64,000 nucleotides of DNA, taken from positions 160,001-224,000 of the forward strand of contig CAVSGI010000004.1 of the NCBI GenBank assembly GCA_963727445.1. The letters are read 5' to 3'. The notes beneath the pieces were generated by a model. That model was not told the DNA's origin. It did not search any database and saw only the letters and a list, made by a program, of their open reading frames with translations. This stretch comes from an uncultured delta proteobacterium. GTDB taxonomy: Bacteria; Myxococcota_A; Polyangia; Polyangiales; B10-G4. Positions 41,518 through 51,497 of this stretch are shown here, piece after piece. The first letter of the stretch is position 1; every line of letters begins with the position of its first letter. The translations under genes were made by a program, and so were the position numbers.

Positions 41518-43703
41518 CCAGCGTCGCGCCACCCGCGTTCAGCGAGACGGCGACGCGAGAGGTCGCCGAAGCACGCATGCCGGTGGTGCTCCTCGCCGGC
41601 AACCCGAACGCCGGCAAGACCACGCTCTTCAACGCGCTCAGCGGCGCGAGAGCGAAGGTCGGAAACTATCCGGGCATCACGGTGGCGCGCCGCTCCGCGA
41701 AGCTGAAGCTCGAGGGCCGCGAGGTGGAGCTCGTCGATCTGCCGGGCACATACAGCTTGAGCGCGCGTTCGGCGGAAGAAGAGGTGGCGGTCGACGCGGT
41801 CCTCGGCCGGCGCGGTGACCCCGCGGCGCTGGTGGTGGTGGTCGTCGACGCCTCGTCGCTGAGCCGGGGCCTCTACCTCGCGCAGCAGGTCGTGGAGACC
41901 GGCCTGCCGTTGGTGGTGGCCCTGTCGATGATGGACGAGGCGCGCGCGCTCGGCATCGGCATCGACGCCGACGCGCTGGGGCGGAAGCTGGGCGCACCGT
42001 GCGTGCCCATCGTCGCCACGCGGGGCGAGGGGCTCGACGCTCTCCAAAAGGCGTTCGAGGATGCCCTCGACGCGGAGGAGGCGCCCACGGCTCGGCTCCT
42101 GCCGCTGCCCGAAGCCCTCGACATCACCCCCGTCGAGCGCGCGGTGAGCGCATGGCTCGAGCCCGAGACGGCGGCGATTCGGCGTGCGTGGGCGCTGTGG
42201 GCGCTGCTCAGCGTGGGCGAGGACGAGCTGGACGTGCCCGCGTCCCTGCGCGACGCGGTGAAGGCGGCGAACGAGCCGCACGACTACGGGGGCGAGCTGA
42301 TCGCGGCGCGCTACGCACGTATCGACGAGATCGTCGACAGCGCCGTCACCGAGCCGACGACCGCGCCGAAGGTATCGAAGACCGAGCGCGTCGACCGCGT
42401 CCTGCTCCACCCGCTCTGGGGGTTCTTGGTCTTCCTGGTCGTCATGGCGCTCCTCTTCGAAGGGCTCTTCGCGTGGACCGATCCATTGATTGGTCTCATC
42501 GAGAACGCCGTCGCGTGGACGCAAGACGCCACCGCGACGCTCCTTCCTCCGGGTCCCTTCCGCGACCTGGTGGTGGAGGGCGTCATCGCGGGGGTGGGCA
42601 ACGTCGTGGTCTTCGTTCCGCAGATCGGGCTGCTCTTTCTGTTCATCGGATTTCTCGAGGACTCCGGTTACCTCGCTCGCGTCGCCTTCACGCTCGACCG
42701 TCTGATGGGCGGCATCGGCCTGCACGGGAAGGCCTTCGTGCCGATGCTCTCCGGCTTCGCCTGCGCCATTCCGGCGGTCATGGCCACGCGCACCATCGAG
42801 AGCCGTCGCGACCGTCTGTTGACCATGATGGTGGTGCCGCTGACCTCGTGTAGCGCGCGTCTGCCGGTCTACGTCCTGGTCATCGCGGCCGTCTTCGCGC
42901 CAGCGCAGGGAGGACTCGTCCTCTTCTTCATGTACCTTCTGTCGCTCGTCGCCGCGCTCACGGCAGCCTTCGTGCTCCGGCGAACCGTCCTCAAGGGGCC
43001 GAAGCCGCCGCTGGTGCTCGAGCTCCCGCCCTACCGCATGCCAGTGGCGAAGAACCTCCTCGCGAGCACCTGGGAGCGGGTGCGCGCCTTCCTGGTGGAC
43101 GCCGGCACGGTGATCCTCGCCCTCACCATCGTCCTGTGGGCGCTTCTGAGCTATCCCCACGATCCCGCCATCGAGGCGCGCTACGACCAGCTCCGCGACG
43201 AAGCGGCCGAGACCAGCAGCCCCTCCGCGCTCGAAGTGCGCCTCGCCGAGCTCGACGGAGAGGAAAACGGCGCGCAGCTCCGGCACTCCTTCGCCGGCCG
43301 GCTCGGCCACGCCATCGAGCCGATCATCGAGCCCCTCGGCTTCGATTGGCGCATCGGCGTCGGCATCATCGGGGCGTTCGCGGCGCGCGAGGTCTTCGTC
43401 TCCACCCTCGGCGTGGTCTTCGGCATCGCCGACGCCGACGAGCAGAGCACGCCGCTACGCGACTCCCTCGGGGCTGCAACCTGGCCCGACGGGCGCCCCC
43501 TCTTCACGCCGCTGTCCGGACTGTCGCTGATGATCTTCTTCGTGCTCGCCTGCCAGTGCATGAGCACGCTCGCGGTCGTGAAGAAGGAGACGGGCGGCTA
43601 TCGCTGGCCGGCCTTCCTCGTCGGCTACATGACCGTCCTCGCTTATTCGGTGACCTTCGCCGTCTATCAGATCGGCAGCGCCTTCGGCTGGGGGACCGGG
43701 TGA
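41514..43703 (+). CDS. feoB: Ferrous iron transport protein B
   Basis: GNPNAGKT, VGNYPGITV, DLPGTYSL, LEDSGYLAR, CSARLPVY, AAREVFVSTL. Confidence 0.96.
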   Translation: MTSVAPPAFSETATREVAEARMPVVLLAGNPNAGKTTLFNALSGARAKVGNYPGITVARRSAKLKLEGREVELVDLPGTYSLSARSAEEEVAVDAVLGRRGDPAALVVVVVDASSLSRGLYLAQQVVETGLPLVVALSMMDEARALGIGIDADALGRKLGAPCVPIVATRGEGLDALQKAFEDALDAEEAPTARLLPLPEALDITPVERAVSAWLEPETAAIRRAWALWALLSVGEDELDVPASLRDAVKAANEPHDYGGELIAARYARIDEIVDSAVTEPTTAPKVSKTERVDRVLLHPLWGFLVFLVVMALLFEGLFAWTDPLIGLIENAVAWTQDATATLLPPGPFRDLVVEGVIAGVGNVVVFVPQIGLLFLFIGFLEDSGYLARVAFTLDRLMGGIGLHGKAFVPMLSGFACAIPAVMATRTIESRRDRLLTMMVVPLTSCSARLPVYVLVIAAVFAPAQGGLVLFFMYLLSLVAALTAAFVLRRTVLKGPKPPLVLELPPYRMPVAKNLLASTWERVRAFLVDAGTVILALTIVLWALLSYPHDPAIEARYDQLRDEAAETSSPSALEVRLAELDGEENGAQLRHSFAGRLGHAIEPIIEPLGFDWRIGVGIIGAFAAREVFVSTLGVVFGIADADEQSTPLRDSLGAATWPDGRPLFTPLSGLSLMIFFVLACQCMSTLAVVKKETGGYRWPAFLVGYMTVLAYSVTFAVYQIGSAFGWGTG

Positions 43704-43846
43704 GCTGGCAGGAGCCGGCCGTGGTCTTCGTCGTCGGCGCCGCCGTCGGCTACCTGGTGTGGAAGCTCCTCTTGCAGAAGGGGCCCCGCAAGAAGAAGCG
43801 GGGCCCCGACGTGAAGACCTCGGCCCTGACGCGCAAGAAGCGGTAG
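43700..43846 (+). CDS. Small FeoB-associated membrane peptide
   Basis: GTGA overlap with the feoB stop. One TM helix and a basic tail (48 aa), no Cys. Confidence 0.6.
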   Translation: MSWQEPAVVFVVGAAVGYLVWKLLLQKGPRKKKRGPDVKTSALTRKKR

Positions 43847-43866
43847 ACTAGACTAAAGAGTAGCAA

Positions 43867-45147
43867 TCAGCAGCCGTCGGGGCGTCGCCCCATGGCGCGA
43901 AGCGCCGCCCGAAGGTTCTGCAAGCGTCCCGGGCGACAGCCGCGGCCGCCGCCGCCAGCGCAGCAGCGCGACACTTCGGAGACCTCGTCCGCGTAGAGCG
44001 ATTGACCCTCCGCCTTTTCGAGGAAGGTGGTCAGGTCGGCCATCGCTTCGGTGAAGTCCTCGGGCGTGCCCTCGAGGTGGTCCTGATGGAGGATGCCAAG
44101 GTTGAACCACGCTTCGGGCCGTTCCGGGTCGAGGTTGCGGGCCATCTCGTAGCGCTGCTCGGCGTCGTCCATGCGCCCGAGCCCGCGCAGCGCGACGCCC
44201 CAGCCGATCAGCGCGTCGTAGCTGTCGGGGCGGAGCTCGGCGGCGCGAGCGAAAGCGCGCTCGGCGTCCTCGTAACCGCGAAAGCTCGAGGTGATCTGGC
44301 CGAAGTTCATCCACGCTTCGTAGAGCCCGGGGTCGAGGGTGAAGGCGCGCTCGAAGCGGCTGAGCGCATCGACGATGCGCCCCTGCTGCACGTTGATCAC
44401 GCCCCAGGTGTTGTAGAGCGGGGCGTAGTCGGGATCGATCTGGCGCGCCTGCTCGCACACCACCTCGGCGAGGGTGAGGGCCCGGATGTCGTCCGCCGAA
44501 CGGTCGAGGTGCACCAGCGCCATCTCGTGCAGCGCTTCCACGTAGCCCGACTCGATGGCGAGGGCCCGGCGAAGGTCGTTCAGCGCGCCGTCGAGCTCGC
44601 CGCGGCCGCGCTCGAGCTGCGCGACGTTGAGATACGCGTCCGCGCACTGCGCGTCCTTCGCGATCGCCGTCCTGAAGGATTGCTCCGCGCGATCCGCGCG
44701 GTCGCCGGCGAGCTGGGCCAGGCCGAGACCCACGCGCGCGCGACAGTGACTCTCGTCCGCCACCAGCGCCTCGCGATAGGCCTGGCTCGCGGCTGCACGA
44801 TCACCGCAGCGCTGATGCGCCATCCCCGCCATGTAGAGCGCATCCGCCGCGAGGTGCGGTTCGCGGGGCGTGTCGAGGGTCACCTCGGCGGCAGGCGTGC
44901 GCAGGGGCTCCGCCAGGCGGCGAAAGCGCGCGGCCACTTCCTCGCAGGCGGCTTCGGTCCACGAGCCCGCGGCGTCACGCGCCGTGAACGCCGCGACGGC
45001 ATCGTCGAGCTGCTCCTCCTGCTCCGCCCGCGTCGCTGGCGTCTCCGGATCGGGTCTGACCGCGGCGCTGCTGCCGCAACCGATGACCAATCCCACGAGG
45101 GCCGCGCTCGCGAGCCCGATCGCATGTGCATTTGAACGCTTCATCAT
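43867..45147 (-). CDS. TPR-repeat lipoprotein, resembles gliding-motility GltE/AglT family
   Basis: Lipobox VIGC and multiple TPRs (YAPLYNTWG, AWMNFG, SFRGYEDAE, PEAWFNLGIL). Confidence 0.75.
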   Translation of the reverse strand: MMKRSNAHAIGLASAALVGLVIGCGSSAAVRPDPETPATRAEQEEQLDDAVAAFTARDAAGSWTEAACEEVAARFRRLAEPLRTPAAEVTLDTPREPHLAADALYMAGMAHQRCGDRAAASQAYREALVADESHCRARVGLGLAQLAGDRADRAEQSFRTAIAKDAQCADAYLNVAQLERGRGELDGALNDLRRALAIESGYVEALHEMALVHLDRSADDIRALTLAEVVCEQARQIDPDYAPLYNTWGVINVQQGRIVDALSRFERAFTLDPGLYEAWMNFGQITSSFRGYEDAERAFARAAELRPDSYDALIGWGVALRGLGRMDDAEQRYEMARNLDPERPEAWFNLGILHQDHLEGTPEDFTEAMADLTTFLEKAEGQSLYADEVSEVSRCCAGGGGRGCRPGRLQNLRAALRAMGRRPDGC

Positions 45148-45374
45148 CTCTCCCTGACGACCCGCCACCGCCGGTCGCCTTGGGTCGTTCCCCACAGTGA
45201 TTCGCATCGCGCGCTCCGCGGTCGGGCACGCAACTTGAACAACGGTCGGGGATACCTTCGATTCCATCTCGAAAAGGCGGCTGATCTCGCGGAGCTCAGC
45301 CGTCCGCGGCCGCTCGACTGGCCGCCGCCTGCACGACTACCGGCCACTGGGGTGGCCGCAGCCAGAGGTACGCC

Positions 45375-46226
45375 ATGACCCGACGAAACGTTTTCTTCCT
45401 TCGCACGACCCTCGCGCTGGCCCTCGTGGGCGGCTTCCTCGGCCTTGCCGGTTGCGCGGCCGACACGTCCGAGCCCAAGGACGATGCGGCCCTCCTCGCC
45501 GAGGCGGGGGACATCGTGAGCAACAAGGACGACACCTGGTGGGCGCCCACCCAGATGGGGCCGATCGCGTCCGGCGAGACGTTGACCGCGGAGTTCGGTC
45601 GTTCGGTGCGTTACCTCGCGTGGACCTTCGACGCGCGGCAGGACGACACCATCCGCCTGCGCGCGGACGGCGCTGACGGAGCGTTCATGGACACGGTGCT
45701 CTATCTCTTCGAAGCCGACGCCGACGGACGGCCCACGGCGTTCGTCGACTACAACGACGACGACGGCGCGTCCTACGCTTCACGCATCGAGGTCGCGGCG
45801 CCTTCTTCGGGTTCCTACGTGGCGATGGTTCGTCGTTACGATCGGCGGCCGTGGGGTGTCGCCGCGCTCAGCCTCGAGCTCGAGGCCGCGGGGCCTGGCT
45901 TCTGCGGCGGCATCGCCGGCTTCGGTTGTCCCGAGGGACAGTACTGCGCGTACGACGTGGGCATCTGCGGCCGCGGCGATCAGGCGGGTTCCTGCCGCGA
46001 GGTCCCGGACGCCTGCACCCGCGAGTTTGCTCCCGTGTGTGGATGCGACGGAAGCGACTACTCGAACGCGTGCGAGGCGGCCGCGGCCGGCGTCTCCGTC
46101 GACCACGAAGGAGAGTGCGAGACCGAGCCCGCGGGCTGTGGCGAGAGCGGTCCCTGCCCCGAGGGCTCGACGTGTCAGTACTGCTGGGGGAGCTTCGCGT
46201 GCGTCCCCGAAGGCGCGGTGTGCTGA
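45375..46226 (+). CDS. Lipoprotein with PPC-like domain and Kazal-type domain
   Basis: Lipobox LAGC, DTVLYL...NDD...SRI...GSY (PPC-like), CTREFAPVCGCDGSDYSNAC (Kazal). Confidence 0.8.
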   Translation: MTRRNVFFLRTTLALALVGGFLGLAGCAADTSEPKDDAALLAEAGDIVSNKDDTWWAPTQMGPIASGETLTAEFGRSVRYLAWTFDARQDDTIRLRADGADGAFMDTVLYLFEADADGRPTAFVDYNDDDGASYASRIEVAAPSSGSYVAMVRRYDRRPWGVAALSLELEAAGPGFCGGIAGFGCPEGQYCAYDVGICGRGDQAGSCREVPDACTREFAPVCGCDGSDYSNACEAAAAGVSVDHEGECETEPAGCGESGPCPEGSTCQYCWGSFACVPEGAVC

Positions 46227-46245
46227 CGAACGCTGGCGCCTGAGC

Positions 46246-47970
46246 TCAGTGGCGTCGCGCTGGGAGCCCCACGCCCGGGGAGCCGAAGGATGGCGCGGCG
46301 CGATGCTGCGAGGGCATGGCGTGGCGCGTGACCGGCCGTTGCAGGGTGCGCTGCTGCGAGGAGCTCGGAGCGCGCACCGCCGGCCCGCGCGAGCCGCCGA
46401 AGCTCGGCGACGGACCGCTGGGACGGGCGACCGGCGCGGCGTGATGTGGCGCGGGGGCGGGCGCCGGGCGCGCGCCGAAGGCGCTCCCGAAGGAGGGCGC
46501 GGGGCGCGGCGCCGGACGCGGCGCGGGCCGCGCGGCGAAGCCGCCGCCGAAAGAAGGCGCAGGGCGCGGTGAGGGGGCGATGCTCGGCGTGGCCGGTCGC
46601 GGCGCCGGGCGCGGGGCGAAGGCGCTCCCGAAGGAGGGCCGAGGCGCTGGCGCCGCCGGGCGCGCACTCGGCGCTGGGGGGCTCGGCCGAGGGGCGGTGG
46701 CGACGCCGGGCGAGACGGAGGGTCGCCCCCAGCTCGGCGCGGCGGGCTGCGGCGCGGCCTGAGGCGGCTGCACGGTGGGTCCGCGCACCACGGTCACGCC
46801 GGGGGTCGGACCGCTCGGGCGCGGCGTCACGCGGGGGCGCGGCCTGAGCTGGCGTGCCGCCTCGTACTGACGGGCGCGCTCGACGGCGGCCCGCACCTCC
46901 GCGTCGCTGGCCTCCCGACCGTAGGCGCCGGCTTCCCACTGCGGGGCGTCGGGGACGCGTGAGCCGATCACGCGACTGGCCGCGGAGGGCCGCGGCGGCG
47001 GCGCGCGGCGCACCCAGTGGTCCCGCGCTGCGCGCGAGAGCGCGTCGTCGGCGGGACGCGGGGGCGAGGAGAGGACCACTGTCGGGCGTCCGGGGCCGGC
47101 GACGCGGACCGAGGGGCGCGCAGCGCCGTCGACGCCCACCGTGGGACGAGCCCCTGCGGCGACGGCGACGGAGGGGCGGTCGCCCGAGCGCACGCGCACC
47201 GTCGGCCGGGTCCGCGCCGAGCGGCCACCCGGCGCGGGTCGCGAGCGGCCGACGTAGACGCGGTCGAGGGGGCGCTGGTGAACCGTCACGTGGCGATCGC
47301 CGAGCCAACGCGGGGAGGGCCCCGGGCAGTAGCCCCACCCGCCGGGCGCGGTGGTCCAGGAGACGAGCGAGGACGCACCCCAGAGCGAGCTCACGAGCGT
47401 CGGCGGGGCGTAATAGGTGTAGACGTCCTGATAGAAGATGTAGTTCACGTCGACGAAGACCCACTGCTGTGCCGGCGGGACCGTCTGCCAGCCGTCGGGA
47501 CCGAGGGGTGCCCAACCCACCATCGTCTCGGTGTCGCGCCAGTTGACCCACGCGGGGCCCCACTGGTCGTCGGGGATCCACACCCATTGATCGTCGGCGT
47601 AGACCCACCGACCGTAGTGCTCGGTGGCCCAGCCCCACTCGGTGTCGGCGACCCAGGTGAAGCCGTAGTCGGTGTAGACCCAGTACCCCTTCTGGTAGGG
47701 GACGTAGGAGGGGTCGTTGGCCGTCCAGACGGTGCCGTAGGGCTCCATCTCGTAGAACGTCCCGTAGGGCGCGAGCTCCTCGTAGAAGACCTCCACCGTG
47801 ATCTGTTGTTGTGCGGGGGCTGCCGTGGCGATCTCGGTCGGCTGCTCGACGTAGTCCACGCCTCCGGGGGTGGTGTGGATGGTGGCGGAGGCGGTGGTCT
47901 CGTAACCGGGCGCGGGGCCGCAGGCGACGAGGAGGAGCGGGGTGGCCGCGAGGACAAGGCGCACGATCAT
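46246..47970 (-). CDS. DUF6600-like lipoprotein with long Pro/Arg-rich tail
   Basis: Lipobox LVAC, FYEELAPYG...PY..GYWVYTDYGFTWV...WGWATEHYGRW...WGPAWV.WR...VGWAPL. Confidence 0.8.
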   Translation of the reverse strand: MIVRLVLAATPLLLVACGPAPGYETTASATIHTTPGGVDYVEQPTEIATAAPAQQQITVEVFYEELAPYGTFYEMEPYGTVWTANDPSYVPYQKGYWVYTDYGFTWVADTEWGWATEHYGRWVYADDQWVWIPDDQWGPAWVNWRDTETMVGWAPLGPDGWQTVPPAQQWVFVDVNYIFYQDVYTYYAPPTLVSSLWGASSLVSWTTAPGGWGYCPGPSPRWLGDRHVTVHQRPLDRVYVGRSRPAPGGRSARTRPTVRVRSGDRPSVAVAAGARPTVGVDGAARPSVRVAGPGRPTVVLSSPPRPADDALSRAARDHWVRRAPPPRPSAASRVIGSRVPDAPQWEAGAYGREASDAEVRAAVERARQYEAARQLRPRPRVTPRPSGPTPGVTVVRGPTVQPPQAAPQPAAPSWGRPSVSPGVATAPRPSPPAPSARPAAPAPRPSFGSAFAPRPAPRPATPSIAPSPRPAPSFGGGFAARPAPRPAPRPAPSFGSAFGARPAPAPAPHHAAPVARPSGPSPSFGGSRGPAVRAPSSSQQRTLQRPVTRHAMPSQHRAAPSFGSPGVGLPARRH

Positions 47971-48095
47971 CACGGTACAGATTGCGAATGATCGCGTCGA
48001 TGCGCCTGTCGAAAACGAGGCCCTGAGCCAAAAAGAAGGGGGTCCAGGCACGGAAAACCGGCCTCGACCCCCTCGATCGCGCCTCAGGCCGGCTC

Positions 48096-50000
48096 TCAGT
48101 GGGCCGCCCGGGTCCTTCGCGCCCGGGCGATGGCCCGGCGCTCGTTGGCGATCCGGCCGCCGAAAGGCGCCTCGATCTCGTCACCGGTCTCGGCGATGAT
48201 CTCGATGACCTGAGCCGGGGTCAGGGCCGGATTGACCGACAACATCTTGCCCGCGAGGTTCGCCACGTTGGGCGAAGCCATCGAGGTGCCGCTCAGCGGC
48301 ACGGTCTCACCGTTCGGGATCAGGCTCTCGACCTCCACGCCGTGGTCGAAGACCCGTACCCGCTCCGGGCCCGAGTTGGTGAAGGTGGCCCAGCCGCCGA
48401 AGCGGTCGACAGCGCCCACGGCCATCATGTTCGGCGCCTCGATGCTCGCCGACACCGTGCCGTACTCGACCACGTCGCGATTGGAGTTGCCCGCGGCCAC
48501 GACGAAGAGGGTGTTCGGGCACTGCTCGAAGACCTGCGCCCAGGTGGCGCGGCGGTATGCCTGCACGGCCTCGGCGCGCGCATGCACCTCCTCGGGGGTC
48601 GTGTAGCGGTCGTGCTCGTAGCGAAGCTGATCCTCGACGTAGTCGGTGGAGAAGCCGAGGCTCGCGTTGACCACCTTGATCTCGTGGCGGTTGATGAAGT
48701 CGGCGATCGCCTCGACGTTCGCCCGCTCGGCGGCGAGCTCCTCGTCGGTGGGGCCGCGGTGGTGGTAGACGCGCGCTTCGCCCGCCCACGCCGAGCGGAA
48801 GATCGCGAGACGCGCGTGTGGATTGCCGGCGACCATGATCCCCGCGACGTGCGTGCCGTGGGCCCACTCGCCCACTTTGTCGAGGTTGTCCTCGAGGCTC
48901 TCTACCGCCTCCACGCTGTCCGCGCCGCGCATCAGCTCGAGCACCGCCTGGGCGGGCTCGGTGGAGGCCATGCCCGCGCGCAGATCCATGATGCCGCGCA
49001 AGAAGGGGCCGTACTCCGTGATCACCTCCTCGCCCGGCTCGAAGAGCAGCGCGGTGTTCGGTGCGTCGCCATCGGCGACCAGGCCGTGGATGTCGTCGAT
49101 CTGGCCGTTTCCGTCGTCATCCTCACCGTTGGGCTGCTCGGCGTCGTTGGTGAAGAGCTGCTCTTCGAAGAGCGCCGGATTGGTGCCGCAGTCCCACACC
49201 GCGATGTTCACTGGCTGGGCGCGACGGTCGTTGCTCAGGTCGACGGTGGAGAAGCGATAGGGACGTGGCGCGCGGCCGTGCTCGTGTTCCGCCTGCACCG
49301 TCGCGATGGCGTCGAGGAAGGTCTGACGGCTGCCGACGATGTCGGGCATGATCCCGTCGAAGAAGAGCACGCTCGACGCGGTTTCGAGGGAGAGCATCTG
49401 CTGCTTGGTCTGCGCGACGCGCGCCGCGAGCTGCTCGGGGGTCTGGAAGAGCTGGAAGAGCACGGTCGCCGAGCCGAAACGGGACTGTGGGAGCTCGCGG
49501 AAGACCTCCGCGATGGCCGCCTTCTGCGCTTCGGCGTCGTCACCCGCCTTGCGCCGCGCGATCTCCGCGAGGAGGGTGGTGCCGGCGTAGGCGCTGTTGC
49601 GATTGCGCGCGCGGGTGCGGATCAGCTTCACCGTCTTGTCTGCGGCCTCCACATCGCCGGCCGCGAGGGCGACCACCGCCAGATCGAAGAGCCGCTCCAC
49701 CGTCCGGCCCTGGAGCTCCGGCGCGGAGGAGGGGTCTTCGCGGTAGGCGTCGAGCTGCGCGAGATCGAAGTCGGGCTGGACCTCGGCGATCCGTTCGCGG
49801 GCGCGCGCGTCGACGTAGACCGGCAGACCGTGCTCGTCCATCGCGACCCAGGGGTCGACAGTCTCGGGCTCGGCGCTCGTGACGGTGGGGCCGACCTCGG
49901 CGGTCGTGGTGGTCGTCGTCGACTCAGTTTGCGGGGTGCTCCCGCAGGCGAGGGCGATGAGAGCGAGGAGGAGGCAGAGAGTGAGAGCGGTGGATCGCAT
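48096..50000 (-). CDS. S8 (subtilisin-family) serine peptidase, lipoprotein
   Basis: AVWDCG (Asp), HGTHVAG (His), AAGN, SGTSMASP (Ser). Lipobox ALAC. Confidence 0.92.
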   Translation of the reverse strand: MRSTALTLCLLLALIALACGSTPQTESTTTTTTAEVGPTVTSAEPETVDPWVAMDEHGLPVYVDARARERIAEVQPDFDLAQLDAYREDPSSAPELQGRTVERLFDLAVVALAAGDVEAADKTVKLIRTRARNRNSAYAGTTLLAEIARRKAGDDAEAQKAAIAEVFRELPQSRFGSATVLFQLFQTPEQLAARVAQTKQQMLSLETASSVLFFDGIMPDIVGSRQTFLDAIATVQAEHEHGRAPRPYRFSTVDLSNDRRAQPVNIAVWDCGTNPALFEEQLFTNDAEQPNGEDDDGNGQIDDIHGLVADGDAPNTALLFEPGEEVITEYGPFLRGIMDLRAGMASTEPAQAVLELMRGADSVEAVESLEDNLDKVGEWAHGTHVAGIMVAGNPHARLAIFRSAWAGEARVYHHRGPTDEELAAERANVEAIADFINRHEIKVVNASLGFSTDYVEDQLRYEHDRYTTPEEVHARAEAVQAYRRATWAQVFEQCPNTLFVVAAGNSNRDVVEYGTVSASIEAPNMMAVGAVDRFGGWATFTNSGPERVRVFDHGVEVESLIPNGETVPLSGTSMASPNVANLAGKMLSVNPALTPAQVIEIIAETGDEIEAPFGGRIANERRAIARARRTRAAH

Positions 50001-50215
50001 GGCGCGGGCATACAACCCCCATCGCGCCCCCGTTGCAACACACCCGCGATCGCGGCCTGGGGGACACGGCGCGCTTCCGGAATCCTTGGGGTTTATCGGC
50101 GGCACCGGCCGTGCACTTTCGCACCTTCGTGCGTAGCTTCAATTCACCGCTGCTGGTTGACCCTCCCTCGACCCCCGATTAACGAATCCGCTCGATGCAC
50201 TCACCCGACGAGACG

Positions 50216-51349
50216 ATGGCCTTCCGGCCGCGCCTGAGCAGGCCCGAGGACACCCTGCGACCGACGCGGGCGGAGATCGATCTCCGGGCCATCGCGCACA
50301 ACCTCGGCGTGCTTCGGGGGGTGGCGGCGGGTGCGCGCATCCTTTCCGTGATCAAGGCGGACGCCTATGGGCACGGGATCGTGCCAGTGGCCCGGGTCCT
50401 CGAGGCCGAGGGGGTCGATGGCTTCGGCGTGGCGCTCACGGAGGAGGGGCTCGAGCTTCGAGAGGCGGGCGTCGCCGGCGAGATCCTGGTCTTGAACGGC
50501 GTCTATGGCGGGGCGCACGGCGAGGTGCTCGAGGCGAGGCTGACGCCGGTCGTCTACGACCTGTCGGAGGTGGATGCCTTCGCTCGCGCGGCGGCCGAGG
50601 ACCGGCCCGTCATGCTTCATCTGAAGGTCGACACCGGCATGAGTCGACTCGGCGTTCCGCACGATCTGGTCGAGCTCTTCCTCGACGGGCTCGAAGCCCA
50701 TCCAGGGGTGCGCATCGCGGGGGTGATGACGCACCTGGCGGCCGCGGATACCGATCCCGAGTTCACGGCGCTGCAGCTCCGACGTTTCGACCAGGCGGTG
50801 AGCCGCATTCGCGCCAGAGGTCAGACGCCGACGACCATTCACGCCGCCAACACGGCGGGCACCTTCCTCCATCCCGCGTCCCGCTACGACCAGGTCCGGC
50901 CCGGGATCTCGCTCTTCGGGTACGCGCCCGGCGCGGAGGGGGCGCGTGCGCTCCGCCCGGCCATGCGCCTTCGCACCGAGATCATCGCGCTCCGCGATCT
51001 CGCACCCGGTGCGAGCGTGGGATACGACCGCACCTTCCGCGCCGAAGGGCCGATGCGCGTCGCCACCGTGCCCATGGGATACGGCGACGGCCTCATGCGA
51101 CACCTGAGCAACCGGGGCGCGATGCTGGTCGGAGGTCTTCGGTGTCCCATCGTGGGCCGCGTTTCCATGGACCTGACGACGATCGACGTGAGCGCGCATC
51201 CGGGCGCGCGGGTCGGCGACGAGGTGGTGGTGCTCGGGGCGCAGGGCGAGGCGACCCTCGACGCCGAGGAGATCGCCGACGCGGCGGGCACCATCCCCTA
51301 CGAGATCCTGACGAACGTCTCGCGGCGTGTGCCGCGCGTCTACATTTGA
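50216..51349 (+). CDS. alr: Alanine racemase
   Basis: VIKADAYGHG, HLKVDTGMSRLG, VRPGI, GYGDG, GRVSMD, TIPYEIL. Confidence 0.96.
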   Translation: MAFRPRLSRPEDTLRPTRAEIDLRAIAHNLGVLRGVAAGARILSVIKADAYGHGIVPVARVLEAEGVDGFGVALTEEGLELREAGVAGEILVLNGVYGGAHGEVLEARLTPVVYDLSEVDAFARAAAEDRPVMLHLKVDTGMSRLGVPHDLVELFLDGLEAHPGVRIAGVMTHLAAADTDPEFTALQLRRFDQAVSRIRARGQTPTTIHAANTAGTFLHPASRYDQVRPGISLFGYAPGAEGARALRPAMRLRTEIIALRDLAPGASVGYDRTFRAEGPMRVATVPMGYGDGLMRHLSNRGAMLVGGLRCPIVGRVSMDLTTIDVSAHPGARVGDEVVVLGAQGEATLDAEEIADAAGTIPYEILTNVSRRVPRVYI

Positions 51350-51458
51350 CGTCCTGAACAGACGAAAGGCGAGGCGCCTCGCCACCACGCGTGGCGAAAC
51401 GCCCCGGTCCCAGGGGTGTGGCGCAGAGCCTGCGTCCGCACACGGCCTGATCTGGCCC

Positions 51459-51474
51459 TGGCACGGAGGATGCT
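51459..51474 (+). promoter_or_regulatory. Sigma-54 promoter candidate
   Basis: TGGCACG-GAGG-ATGCT, 23 bp before ATG 51498. Confidence 0.65.
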
Positions 51475-51497
51475 CCTTCTCTGATCGGGTTTGCGCG

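Noticed and set aside
45224..45239. Possible sigma-54 promoter GGGCACG-CAAC-TTGAA for the 45375 gene
   Set aside because: The -12 GC is not conserved, so the match is too weak to call.
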